A stretch of DNA of 61,694 nt, filler included, from Choristocarpus tenellus KU-1152 (taxonomy: Eukaryota > Protista > Phaeophyceae): the NCBI GenBank assembly GCA_964200185.2. It is 10 parts of 10 records of this genome, joined end to end, with 100 filler letters (N's around TTAATTAATTAA, not from the genome) between each part and the next. Parts side by side here need not be neighbours in the genome. Positions count along the whole stretch, not along the records: positions 1 to 8,809 come from CAXNAD020004308.1; positions 8,910 to 21,654 come from CAXNAD020001721.1; 8 more parts are not named here. The stretch is one strand, 5' to 3'. Within the stretch, counting starts at the first letter, position 1. Every line of letters starts with the position of its first letter. Below are positions 1 through 16,356 of the stretch, one piece after another. The notes under the pieces were generated by a model. It did not search any database. It saw only the letters and a program-made list of their open reading frames with translations, and was not told where the DNA came from. Both the position numbers and the translations under genes were made by a program.

Positions 1-418
1 GTGATTCTCTTCGCCACCCTTGCCTGAGTGAACCACGCCGCCACAGAATCACACGATTCACACTTCCTTAGTTCAAATACATTGATTTCAATCCCTCCAC
101 AACGATTTGCACTTGCGAGGACAAGTTGTACAAATCACAGTGTGCTGATTTGTCAACGTTCCATCTTGTTGTCGGAATATTTGACCCACACCACTCTCAG
201 ATACAATTGCAAACGATTTGGATTCACAAATGAAGGAGTTAATTCCTAACTCGTTGATTTGTAAGGATGTGCCCTAATGTGTACAACTCGGATTAATGGC
301 ACGAACAGCCGTTGATTTGTTGGAAATTGATTTGTATACCACAAATCGAATTTGATTTGTCCGATGTGTGAAAATGTTGCACGATATTAAAAGGCTTGTC
401 CGAATGCATTATCACAGT
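1..418. mobile_element. End of an unclassified dispersed repeat, probably a DNA transposon, with subterminal GATTTGT/ACAAATC motifs
   Basis: Positions 1-75 closely match 42550-42625. About ten GATTTG(T)/CAAATC motifs occur in both orientations in 100-360, and the CpG-richer segment stops near ...tgcattatcacagta. Confidence 0.4.
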
Positions 419-1129
419 ATAGACCTCTATTTATAGAATACAGCGAGCACTGGAAGCTTGCAGTCTTTAACAAAGAAGGGGAGATGATTGACATGGAAAA
501 AAAAGAAAACTCTCAAACACACCATGCTGAGCAAGTCTCAATGCTATTGTTGGTTGATCACTCTCCTGCCAATGAGAAATAGCCCCCTCTAATATATAGA
601 AACCTAGAGCACTACTAGACCTAGATGTTTCCCAAACAGCAATAGCAACATACTTAGTGATGAGAGCTCTACTTCAAAGAAATAATTAAATATTAAACTG
701 GTGCCTACTATTTCAGAGGTGCCACTTGTAACAATATCACACACATGCACAATGCACACAAAGTAAATACCCAACTATAAAAAAGTGGATGTAACCACAC
801 ATGCCTCTTCAAGTCCTGACGACGTTGTGCATCTACCTCCTTACCACTCATTTTATGTCTTCAAGATCGGTCCTGCACTTAAAATAGAGAAAATAGATGG
901 AAGGCTTCCTGGTAACCGATCCTCCACATGATGAGCACACAAGGAGGCTAAGCACGAAACACACTCGGACAGGGGTGGTAACCAAGGTTCAAGAGGTGGT
1001 GAAAGCCAGTCGGCTAAACAAGACCACATCAACCATTGTTGGGATGTCAAAATGTGTGGCACTCTAATGGGACAAACATGCACAATGAGAACAGAAGCTG
1101 GAGTCACTGATCCTATCTTTCTGTTGCCC

Positions 1130-7370
<6,241 letters not shown>

Positions 7371-7574
7371 TCAGTCACAAGGGACACATAAATTTTAAAA
7401 AAATAACATACGCACAGACACAGACACAGACACACACAAGGATGTACATTGGTAGAACAAGACAGTATGAGGGTGAATAGATTGATCCTATTGGCACAAT
7501 GAAAAATGTAGGCCATTCTATTGGTAGGGAAAAATGTCCTCGCTTTAGGTACTGCACGCACCCTCTCCTTGGAA

Positions 7575-7631
7575 TCTAATCTAATCTAATCTAATCTAAT
7601 CTAATGTAATCTAATCTAATGTAATCTAATC
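7575..7631. repeat. (AATCT)n pentamer microsatellite
   Basis: About 11 tandem aatct/aatgt units. Confidence 0.9.
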
Positions 7632-7633
7632 TT

Positions 7634-7827
7634 GTCAAATTTCCTACGTTCAAGTGGATTGGATCATTCACTGCAGTTCTTTCAACAGATCAAACGGACC
7701 ATCGCAAGGAGCTTCCCACATTAAGGGTTAGGGTTAGGGTTAGGGTTAGGTGCCTCCCTAGTCCGTCTGATAAATAAAGAAGGCTGTGGCAAACGATCTA
7801 ATCCTCTCCAATGTTGGAAGTTTTACC
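7634..7827. mobile_element. Fold-back (MITE-like) element with ~65-bp degenerate inverted arms enclosing (TTAGGG)4
   Basis: The left arm gtcaaatttcctacgttcaagtggattggatc...atcaaacggac aligns with the reverse complement of the right arm, ggtaaaacttccaacattggagaggattagatc...atcagacggac. The telomere-like tract is at 7724-7750. Confidence 0.55.
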
Positions 7828-8458
7828 GGCTCCCTAGTCTCCTACCCCTAACCCTAAACCTTTTCAAAACTACTGCTACTAAATTGCTTCACGTCATAAT
7901 ATTAAAAAATAAGAACAATTGTAAATAGAAATTATAACCTACTTACACACAAACAACACTTCCAAGTGGATGAATGCACAGACCACAACACAACTGCCTC
8001 CTCAAAATCAAATAAATATGTACAGGCCATAGCATGTATCATACATTTTATTACCATACATTTTATTTATAAATTGATATTATCAGTAGAATGATGAACA
8101 TATCGCATGCAAAAAACAAGATAATAACAAGACTGCCAAGGGTATGGTATGGATAAAAAAATGGATCAACTCTGTGTGGCCAAATATACCTGCTTCCCAC
8201 TCTCTATTTCTCATAATATAATAATAATAATAATAATAATAATAACATTTTCGCCAAAGAAAACAACCCCCTACAATACTCAAACCCAAACACTGATATA
8301 TAGGACACGCACATCCTGCAACACTCCCTAACCCTTCAATCTATTAATATCACAGGTATCCCAACTCCTCACCAAGGGGAACAAACAACTGCAACACTGG
8401 AACAAAGATCTGAACGAACCAACCACCCATTATAGATAAGTCATATATTCAGATACAC

Positions 8459-8510
8459 TGAGTATCATGAGTATCATGAGTATCATGAGTATCATGCATC
8501 AGTATCATGA
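8459..8510. repeat. 9-bp tandem repeat (TGAGTATCA)n
   Basis: Four to five tandem copies seen directly. Confidence 0.85.
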
Positions 8511-8699
8511 GGAAGGGTTAGCGAAAGGACCAAAACAACAACCAAGGACCTCCTGACGGGAGGGAAAGCAGCCCCCCCCCCCAATATATATATATATATA
8601 TATAATTTAAATACGACTTCCCCTCCCACTCCACGGTGGACATGATGTACACTGTACACGCACTTCAATACATTGGCTGAGACAAGCGCACCATCTGTT

Positions 8700-8809
8700 G
8701 GGTCAAAGTATCTGGGGGGGGGGGGGTGTCGGCGTCCGTTTTTCACCCTTTTTTTTTTTTTTACTTTTTTGGTTTATTTTGTTCGCACTTTTCGGATTTG
8801 AAATTGCAG
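8700..8809. mobile_element. MITE family A terminus, truncated by contig end
   Basis: gggtcaaagtatctggggg matches the family A TIR. Confidence 0.7.
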
Positions 8810-8909
8810 NNNNNNNNNNNNNNNNNNNNNNNNNNNNNNNNNNNNNNNNNNNNTTAATTAATTAANNNNNNNNNNNNNNNNNNNNNNNNNNNNNNNNNNN
8901 NNNNNNNNN
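8810..8909. other. Artificial contig linker (44N-TTAATTAATTAA-44N)
   Basis: Six-frame stop linker. Identical copies at 21655-21754, 31434-31533, 37621-37720, 41307-41406, 47384-47483, 51866-51965, 55862-55961 and 58532-58631. Confidence 0.98.
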
Positions 8910-11900
8910 CCCCCAGATACTTTGGCTCCTCTGGGCACAACTTCTTTTAGAGTTTATCTATATCTTTAGCTGAGGTGCAACAGTCCCTATATATATTTAC
9001 ATGTCTTTGAAATGGTTGTGATTGACCCTATAGACTACTACTACTACCCCGGAGTAGAAAGTAAGGATCAAGTTATAGATATCGCACTGCCAGTAGAATT
9101 TTCTTCACCCCTCCGACTATTTATCACAACAATCTTGTGTGTCATGCCGCATGTAGCTTGGCCCAAGGAAATATGGACAAAAACGGTTCCTCTACATTCT
9201 ACATCTACATCATAATTTGGAAGTAGCAAGCTGACACGACTACCCCTTCTCGTGATGAGCTGGATGTTTCCACTAGTCGTTCTGTGTCCTTGTCCATGTT
9301 GCTTGTTAATATAGCTTTGAACTATGGAGAAATTCTTCCTCTTTCGCTCATGAAGCATGTTGCCAAGCTGCATTTATGTTGATAATTGAGTACCCCTGGG
9401 TCCCCACACTTGTGATCAACATTGGGTTGAGTAAGACTCCATGTACGGCCAGAGAGTTTTGTCCGAGGGAACTTCACAGAAATCATACCTCTTCATCTGA
9501 AAGCTGACCAAAACAAGAGAGACTGTTATCAAGATTCCTGCAGTGACACTCCCTCCGCTTCCACCACAAGATCTTGAGGAATGGGAGGGGAGGGCCGCCC
9601 AATAGAAGGAACTGGGCTAATTGTATTCTTACCGCTCCTCCACAACAAAGGGAAGGATGTCATTGTTAAGCTGACTGTGCTGCAGAGGGAAGATCAACAG
9701 TATAAAAAGGAGAAAAGAACGATGTACCCGAGTACTACCAAATCACATTAAATTGTTCCTAGCTGAATTAGGGCATCACTGTCCTCTTCAGCAATTTGTA
9801 ACCTAGGGATCAGCATGGCCACATTAGCAAGCATTGTTTCTTGTTATGGATATTCATTGACACATCAAAGTCAGACTCATGCAGCTGGCTTCTAGCTAGT
9901 GCTCTTGGGATAGAATAGGGAAACTTCTTTTTGGACTGTATATACCTTGAAGAATCGGATGCCGAGTGATTGATCCACAGAAATCACAAACCAATAAAGT
10001 ACAAGCACTTTCAAAATGATAGCCACGGGTAGGGATCCTGAAGCCATTCCAGGTAAATCTAGTAACCTACTCAGCTTGAAAATGTGATCGACGTTGACCA
10101 ATTTTAGCTATGTTGTTAAAAGGAATGTGTAAATAAATGCAAAGTTTAGAGCGGTTCTGAGTATTTTGGAAAGGAAGCCCTCGATGAGGTCCTGTCATAT
10201 GCTTGAGGATGGATACAAATATTTTGTTGGAGTGTTTGAAAATGTCACAATAGTTTTTTTCTCTCTACACAAGTATCTATACTTTCAAGACCATGCCAGG
10301 GAGGGCAACACCTCCTACACAAACAACTCAACAATAGTAGCACTTGCGAAGGGATAAGCAAATGTTTTGAGCCTGTTTACACCGTCCTATTTGCTCACAT
10401 TTTGATCTACAACGGAAAGGGACAATGGGCACGTTCCCATTAACATATCGCTAAGCCCAAGAATGGAACATGGGTTGCATTTGTATCTCACATTAAATCT
10501 CCGAGATAATATTGGCCATGGTTAGCAGCAAATGAATTCTATCAGCTGAAGCACCACCCTAGCAAAGTGCCCCACAGGCAATGCACGCTTCTCCAAACAA
10601 GCACAAGGCGCTTGACACGCAGCTCATCCTTCCTGCACTGGTAGCCTTGCACCGTATGTATGTAAGCATGATCACTCGCCCGACACTAACTAATCTTACC
10701 TCATTAAAAGAGCCATCATCTCAAAAAAAAGTAGACCAATACACCATTATTGGGTTTTAGTAAGTTTACATTTCTCTCTTCCAATTTGTTTCTGTAAGAA
10801 GGAGGTAAGTATGTGAATTGAAAGGTTTGACCAGCCACATACACTAAATCAGCGTGCAAATATTTACTTCAAACCATATATTACTTGATTGGAAATGAGA
10901 TGTGGAAAGTGCCGAGCAGCCCGATATGTCCATGAGAAGAAATTTCCCGCCGAACACACGAAATGCACTCTTACATGTGGAAAAATAAACAAAACAGTCG
11001 AAGCCTTTCATGTTGATCCCCATTATTCTTCGACGGATTGAATCGAACCGTTTTAATCAATACTACGTACTTAAACAATGTTGGTAAGATTTTTTTTTCA
11101 AGTATTATTACTTAATAATCACCGACATTTTGCACACATCGTCATGAAGGACAAAGAAGGAAGGTACTTGGAAAGTACAAAATAACTTAATGAAAAAAAG
11201 CGCCAATCTTCCCAGATGACAGTAGTTGCACTTTTATTGACAGAAAAAAAACATAAAAGATACAAAAAAATTACAACAGTGTTACATATCACGTAATCAA
11301 ATGTAATCCACAAATTACATTCATTTGTGGAAGCGTAAATCAAATGCTGAAAAGAGGGAGTTTAATCTTCTGTCTTCTGTCTCTCATTGGTACGGTTGGA
11401 GCAATCCCTTCAATACCTTACCAATTAAAACCACACACTTGTACTGTAGTAGAGTAGTGGGCAAAGGTCTGACCACTTTTTTCCATGCCACTCATCACCT
11501 TTGCCAGCTGTAAGGGTGAACGCTCCATCCTGGTTTGCCCAACACACACAGCGTGGTATCCTTCACCTCCTTGTGGAATATCCACATGTTTGACCATGCC
11601 AGTACTCCCCTCGCTGTGTTGCCCATCATGACTTCCAGATAGTCGACTTGTGATCACACATCCCTAGAGGTCCTCCATCACCAGCATTACCGTTCACCAA
11701 CCTAAGCTCACCAATGCTTCACCTGTTTTAACAAATGTTCAGGTCCTCGTGCTACTGCTAAGTACAACACTGAGACCTCCATACCCCTTTTCATTGTGCC
11801 AGATTTATCTCTCCTTTTTCCTCTCCGCCATTGCATAAGCAATCAGAGTCTTTCACGCTAGAGTGTTCATATCAGTCCTCCTTCCTGTAAATAAAATCTC

Positions 11901-12300
11901 ATATGTATTGTGCCAAGGTAGACTTTCTCCGATGCCTCCTCCTTGCTTAGAAAGTCGCAAAATTTCCCGTGCTGCACCTGTTGAACACAATATTGACCAT
12001 CCCAATTGCCATCTGCTCGATTTTTTTCACGTTCGGAGGTTCTCTATACCCAGTATTGGCCTCCTCCACCGTTTTATTGCTTGCATGGTCTGAGAATCGT
12101 CATCCATGCTGTACTTGCTGTGAGCTGTATCAAGGCCTTCACTAGTGCAGGCTGTGACATGGGTAACAGTGTCCTCAACTCTTTCGGGTCAGACTCTACC
12201 CTTAACCTTCTCCTTTCTACACTTGACTAGGTGAGAAACATTTTGAATGCTTGAGTCCATCTTGCCATCTGTGTGCTATCCCCTGCACAAACTAAAAAAA

Positions 12301-15300
12301 TCATCTCTGCTCATACCCATTTGGAAGTTCGTCATACTCACCAACACTGCGATTTTCACCAATCTCATGCTCATATAAGTCTACAGGATCTCCACTCGCA
12401 GATGTGTTCTCACCCATCCTACACACAGAACTGTCCTCTCCCTCTGGTGTGCTGCTTGCATAGACTACGAACTTCTTCATGCTGCAACTGTGGTCTACAT
12501 GTCGATCTTCACTGCTTGCTGTGGCATTACTATGTCTAGACTTGAATTCATCTTGAGAGGTCGCATCTTCTTGCTTCTCTGCCACACAATTGTCAACGTC
12601 GGTATAGCCTTCGATGCTTGGGCCTTCATGAAGAGCACCTATCTTGGAACCTGTGCTCCTCGTATCCCCACACACACCACTAAAATCTCCTGCCACCTCT
12701 TCCCCGCTTGAATAAAACCTACCCTCATCTATATCATAATTGTCACCACCATGCTTCTCGTTCAAATGTCCAGGTTCTCCACCTGTACGTGTGTCCTCTC
12801 CTTTTCCATAACAAGCACTGTCCTCTCCCTCTGTTCTACTGCCTGCATGGTCTGGGATCTTGACCATGCTGTAGCTGCCACCATCATATTGATCTTCACT
12901 ACTACCTCCGGCATGACTCACTTCATCCTCAATTCCACTTTGCCAAGTTCTATCGTCCTCCTTGTTTGCTCGACAACCAGCAAGGTCAGTGTAGCCTTCC
13001 ATGCCCAGGTGTGCATGATGAGCCTTTCTCTCGGCACCTGTACTTCTCCTAGCCCCCCACACACTACTAACCTCTTCCATCTCCTGTACTTTGTCTGGGA
13101 CTTCTCTGTATCCATTCACGTTGTGATTTTCAACATCATGCTGTGCATAAGGGTCTTCAGACTCTCCATATGTGGGCATTTCCACGCCATTTCCATATCC
13201 CTCTCCAATCCTGCTTATGTGACTTGAAATCTCACCCATACTGTAGCTGAAACCTATTTGTTGATCTCCACTACAACTGGCTGCGAAATGACTCACTTGA
13301 TCCTCGACTCTATTTTCCCAGGCTCTTTTGTTCTCCTTCTCCATCACACAACTGTCAAGGTTGGCACAGGGCTTCATGCTTAGGAACTCATGATGAGCAA
13401 GTCTCTTGGCACCAGTGCTTCCCCTAGCCCCCCACACACTGCCAACTCCCTCGATCTCATCATCCCTATTTGTGAGATCTTGGTACTCATTCAAGCTATG
13501 ATCAGTACCATCATACTGCTCATAATAGTAACCAGGTTTTCCATCTCTAGGACTGTCCTCACCCTTGCCACACCCTTTTGCTCTGCTGTCCACATGTCCT
13601 GAGATTTCACTCGTGCTGTAGCTGCAACCTATTTGTTGATCTCCACCACACTTGTCTGCAAAATTACTCACTCCATACTCAACTCCATTTTCTCGCGTTC
13701 TTTTATCACCCTTCTTTGCTACACAACTGCAGAGGTCAACACAATCTTCTATCTTGGCAACTATGTCTCCCCTTGCTCTATACACACTGGCAACTTCATC
13801 GATCTGCTCGTCCCTGTTTGAAGATCCTCCGAACTCATCTAGTCTATGATCGTTACCATCATTCTGTCCAGAAGATTTTCCAGGTTCCTCATCTATAGGC
13901 ACATACTCACCCTTCCCATACCCCTCTGTTATGCTGCTTGCATAGCCCGATAACTCATAAATACTGTAGCAAGGACCAGCTTTGGGTTCCACCTGATTGC
14001 TGCCAGTCAATACGCAGCCCTCATCACACCCTAAATCACTGTGCCTATTTCCACCCTCCTCCTTCACTGGCTTTCCACAGGCAATGTGTTCCATGCTTAT
14101 GTATCCACAATGAGCTGATCCATTATCACCTCCGTTCCAGTTTCTCCTGTGAACCTGATGGATTGCATTGATTTCTTCCTCCGCGCTACTTGAGAAATCT
14201 TTGCATTTGTCTGCACTGCAGCTTTCATCATCATGTTGCCCATCAAGATCCTTCGATGCCCTATTTATGGATATGTCCTCCCCACCTGCTGTGCTCCCTG
14301 TACAATCTGAAAAATCATCAATAATGTAGCTGTGACCTTTGTGTTGATCTTCATGATCTTGAGCATCAACACCGAGCCTATCACTACTGTTGATTATATT
14401 CTTCCATATTATGTTATCCTCCTTCACTTCCTCGGCAGGTGCAACTTCAACAAAGTCGTCCATGTACAGGTACCCTTGATCGGCCAGCTCCTCGTCTGTT
14501 GTATTCACATTTTTCATGTGTGTGTTGTGCGCATCCCTCACCTCATCCTTCTTGCATGGACCATCTTCACACTCCTCCACATTGTACCTATCACAATCAC
14601 ATTGCCCATTATGGTTCCCAATGGTTACATGAGGAAATTCATCCCCAGGTTGCTCATACTCAGCACAGCCCCCTCTCTCTCCTGCACTGATTGTATCACC
14701 TAAGAACTTTTCTGTACTGTTAATGTTGGTGCTGCATTGGTCTTTGCTAGTTCCAATTGTGACATAGCTGCCTTCACCCTCAACATTATCAAGCAAGGCT
14801 CCATTCTCCATCTTACATTTGTCATCTTTGACAACATCTGGAAAGTATCTCATGGTTGAGTATTCGCACTTGGGGGTGGGTTTGGTATCTGTGCTCACAC
14901 AAGGTCCATCGACACAGTTGATATATTTTGTACTTCTGGATGCATCCTCGCAATCCTTATGCCTAGCTCTGCCAACTCCCTCTCCTGAGCTTCTCACTTC
15001 ACTAAGAAACTTGCCCAAGGTATGGGTAGTACTTGTGTATTGATCACTGCTACTGTCTGCTGCACTAATGCCCCCATCCTCAAACTCATTTTGCCAGGCT
15101 CCATCCTCCTCTTTTTCTGCCTTATCACTGCTTGGGCAAGCTAAGCATTCCATGATTGAGCATCCAAAATCAGTTGGGCAGGCTGTAGGGTATGCGGGCT
15201 CATCTATACAGTAGCTATCACCGTCATGTTGTTGTTCATACTTTCCACCTGTTGCACTGAAAGCTGTACCTTCACCAGTTCCCTCATACTCAACACTGCC

Positions 15301-16356
15301 CCCCCTTTCTCCTGTACTTCCCACATATGTTGGAAATTCATCCATGCTGTCACACTGGGTGTAAATCCTTCTTTGATTTGGGTACAATTTATCATCAATT
15401 TTCCGATCTCCCACACCCTCAATGTGCTGGCTCCAAGTTCTGTCCATTTGGTTCTTCTCAGCTCCGACCTCCATGATTGAAGCAATACCACCAAATGCCA
15501 AGCATTCTCGGTCAACATCTGTCTCAGCAACCGTGTTGTCCCTGCACCAGGTGTTGCCATAATCACTCTGCATAGTATTTGAAATGTGCGAGGAGACAGT
15601 ATGTTTCCCATCATAATTGTTGGCTGTGGCATTGGCAACTTGCATATATCCAGTGCCATCCTTATCCCTCTCTTCTCCACTACAAGTTAAATTAGAAGCA
15701 TCACCTGTGTCAAGACTGACCCCTACATTGTATGTATTGACAACAGTGCGTTCGGTTCCCACAACTCTGCTCCCAGACATGCTGCTTTCAACAATGCCCC
15801 ACTCTTTCTGGCTTTCATTGATAGCATGGTGAGTGTGCATATCTATTATTAGCCGACCGTATTCATGGTGTTGATCACATCCATTGCCTCCCAAAGAAGA
15901 TGTATGCACTTCTCCCATGCCCCTGTACCCGGCGATATGCTCTGTATAGTCCTCCTTGCTATTGCAAAGTAATTTAAGCTTGGTTATTCCCACCTTGTCA
16001 CCATTCTGGTGTGCTTCCAAGCGGACAGCCATTCCATCTACAACTGTACTGTTCTCCTCGTTTTCCCTACACTCCACACTGCTTTCTTCTACCTCACCCT
16101 TGACGACTCCCTGGGTTGTTACGAAGTCCCAGGCCAAGCTCCCTCCACCTTCCCAGTTCTCAGCCTCTTGCTCAGGCTCACGGGTTCCCTTAACCCCTGC
16201 TCTACCTTTGGATTCTTCATCAGATTCACAATGCTCTATCAATTTCTCATAGGGCTTGTGACTATTGATCTCAGGCTGAAATACATCTTTTGTCCAGGGG
16301 TGATTTGATTGCCAGACATGCTCATCACATGAATCCATGTCTATTCCCTTTTGCAA
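12301..16356 (-). CDS. 1351-aa stop-free ORF of D/E/G/S-rich degenerate ~125-aa repeats (giant exon)
   Basis: Over 4 kb without a stop. Recurrent motifs YSxxE(I/L)SGH, GxGKGEDxP, SVWGARxSTG and WENxVED. Near-identical DNA ctgtagctg.aacctatttgttgatctccac at 13241 and 13616, 375 bp apart. Confidence 0.85.
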   Translation of the reverse strand: MQKGIDMDSCDEHVWQSNHPWTKDVFQPEINSHKPYEKLIEHCESDEESKGRAGVKGTREPEQEAENWEGGGSLAWDFVTTQGVVKGEVEESSVECRENEENSTVVDGMAVRLEAHQNGDKVGITKLKLLCNSKEDYTEHIAGYRGMGEVHTSSLGGNGCDQHHEYGRLIIDMHTHHAINESQKEWGIVESSMSGSRVVGTERTVVNTYNVGVSLDTGDASNLTCSGEERDKDGTGYMQVANATANNYDGKHTVSSHISNTMQSDYGNTWCRDNTVAETDVDRECLAFGGIASIMEVGAEKNQMDRTWSQHIEGVGDRKIDDKLYPNQRRIYTQCDSMDEFPTYVGSTGERGGSVEYEGTGEGTAFSATGGKYEQQHDGDSYCIDEPAYPTACPTDFGCSIMECLACPSSDKAEKEEDGAWQNEFEDGGISAADSSSDQYTSTTHTLGKFLSEVRSSGEGVGRARHKDCEDASRSTKYINCVDGPCVSTDTKPTPKCEYSTMRYFPDVVKDDKCKMENGALLDNVEGEGSYVTIGTSKDQCSTNINSTEKFLGDTISAGERGGCAEYEQPGDEFPHVTIGNHNGQCDCDRYNVEECEDGPCKKDEVRDAHNTHMKNVNTTDEELADQGYLYMDDFVEVAPAEEVKEDNIIWKNIINSSDRLGVDAQDHEDQHKGHSYIIDDFSDCTGSTAGGEDISINRASKDLDGQHDDESCSADKCKDFSSSAEEEINAIHQVHRRNWNGGDNGSAHCGYISMEHIACGKPVKEEGGNRHSDLGCDEGCVLTGSNQVEPKAGPCYSIYELSGYASSITEGYGKGEYVPIDEEPGKSSGQNDGNDHRLDEFGGSSNRDEQIDEVASVYRARGDIVAKIEDCVDLCSCVAKKGDKRTRENGVEYGVSNFADKCGGDQQIGCSYSTSEISGHVDSRAKGCGKGEDSPRDGKPGYYYEQYDGTDHSLNEYQDLTNRDDEIEGVGSVWGARGSTGAKRLAHHEFLSMKPCANLDSCVMEKENKRAWENRVEDQVSHFAASCSGDQQIGFSYSMGEISSHISRIGEGYGNGVEMPTYGESEDPYAQHDVENHNVNGYREVPDKVQEMEEVSSVWGARRSTGAERKAHHAHLGMEGYTDLAGCRANKEDDRTWQSGIEDEVSHAGGSSEDQYDGGSYSMVKIPDHAGSRTEGEDSACYGKGEDTRTGGEPGHLNEKHGGDNYDIDEGRFYSSGEEVAGDFSGVCGDTRSTGSKIGALHEGPSIEGYTDVDNCVAEKQEDATSQDEFKSRHSNATASSEDRHVDHSCSMKKFVVYASSTPEGEDSSVCRMGENTSASGDPVDLYEHEIGENRSVGEYDELPNGYEQR

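Noticed and set aside
7724-7750. True chromosome telomere
   Set aside because: Only about four units, internal to a contig.
8373-8400. Possible upstream JmjC micro-exon ending VCSPW with a GTGAGG donor
   Set aside because: The phase fits, but it is too short and its acceptor is ambiguous without transcript data.
8854-8865. Recurring TTAATTAATTAA palindrome
   Set aside because: It is always centred in 44+44 Ns, so it is an artificial six-frame stop linker.
10700-10719. 20-nt candidate micro-exon (DDGSFNE) on the minus strand
   Set aside because: It has plausible splice signals but no assignable partner exons or homology.
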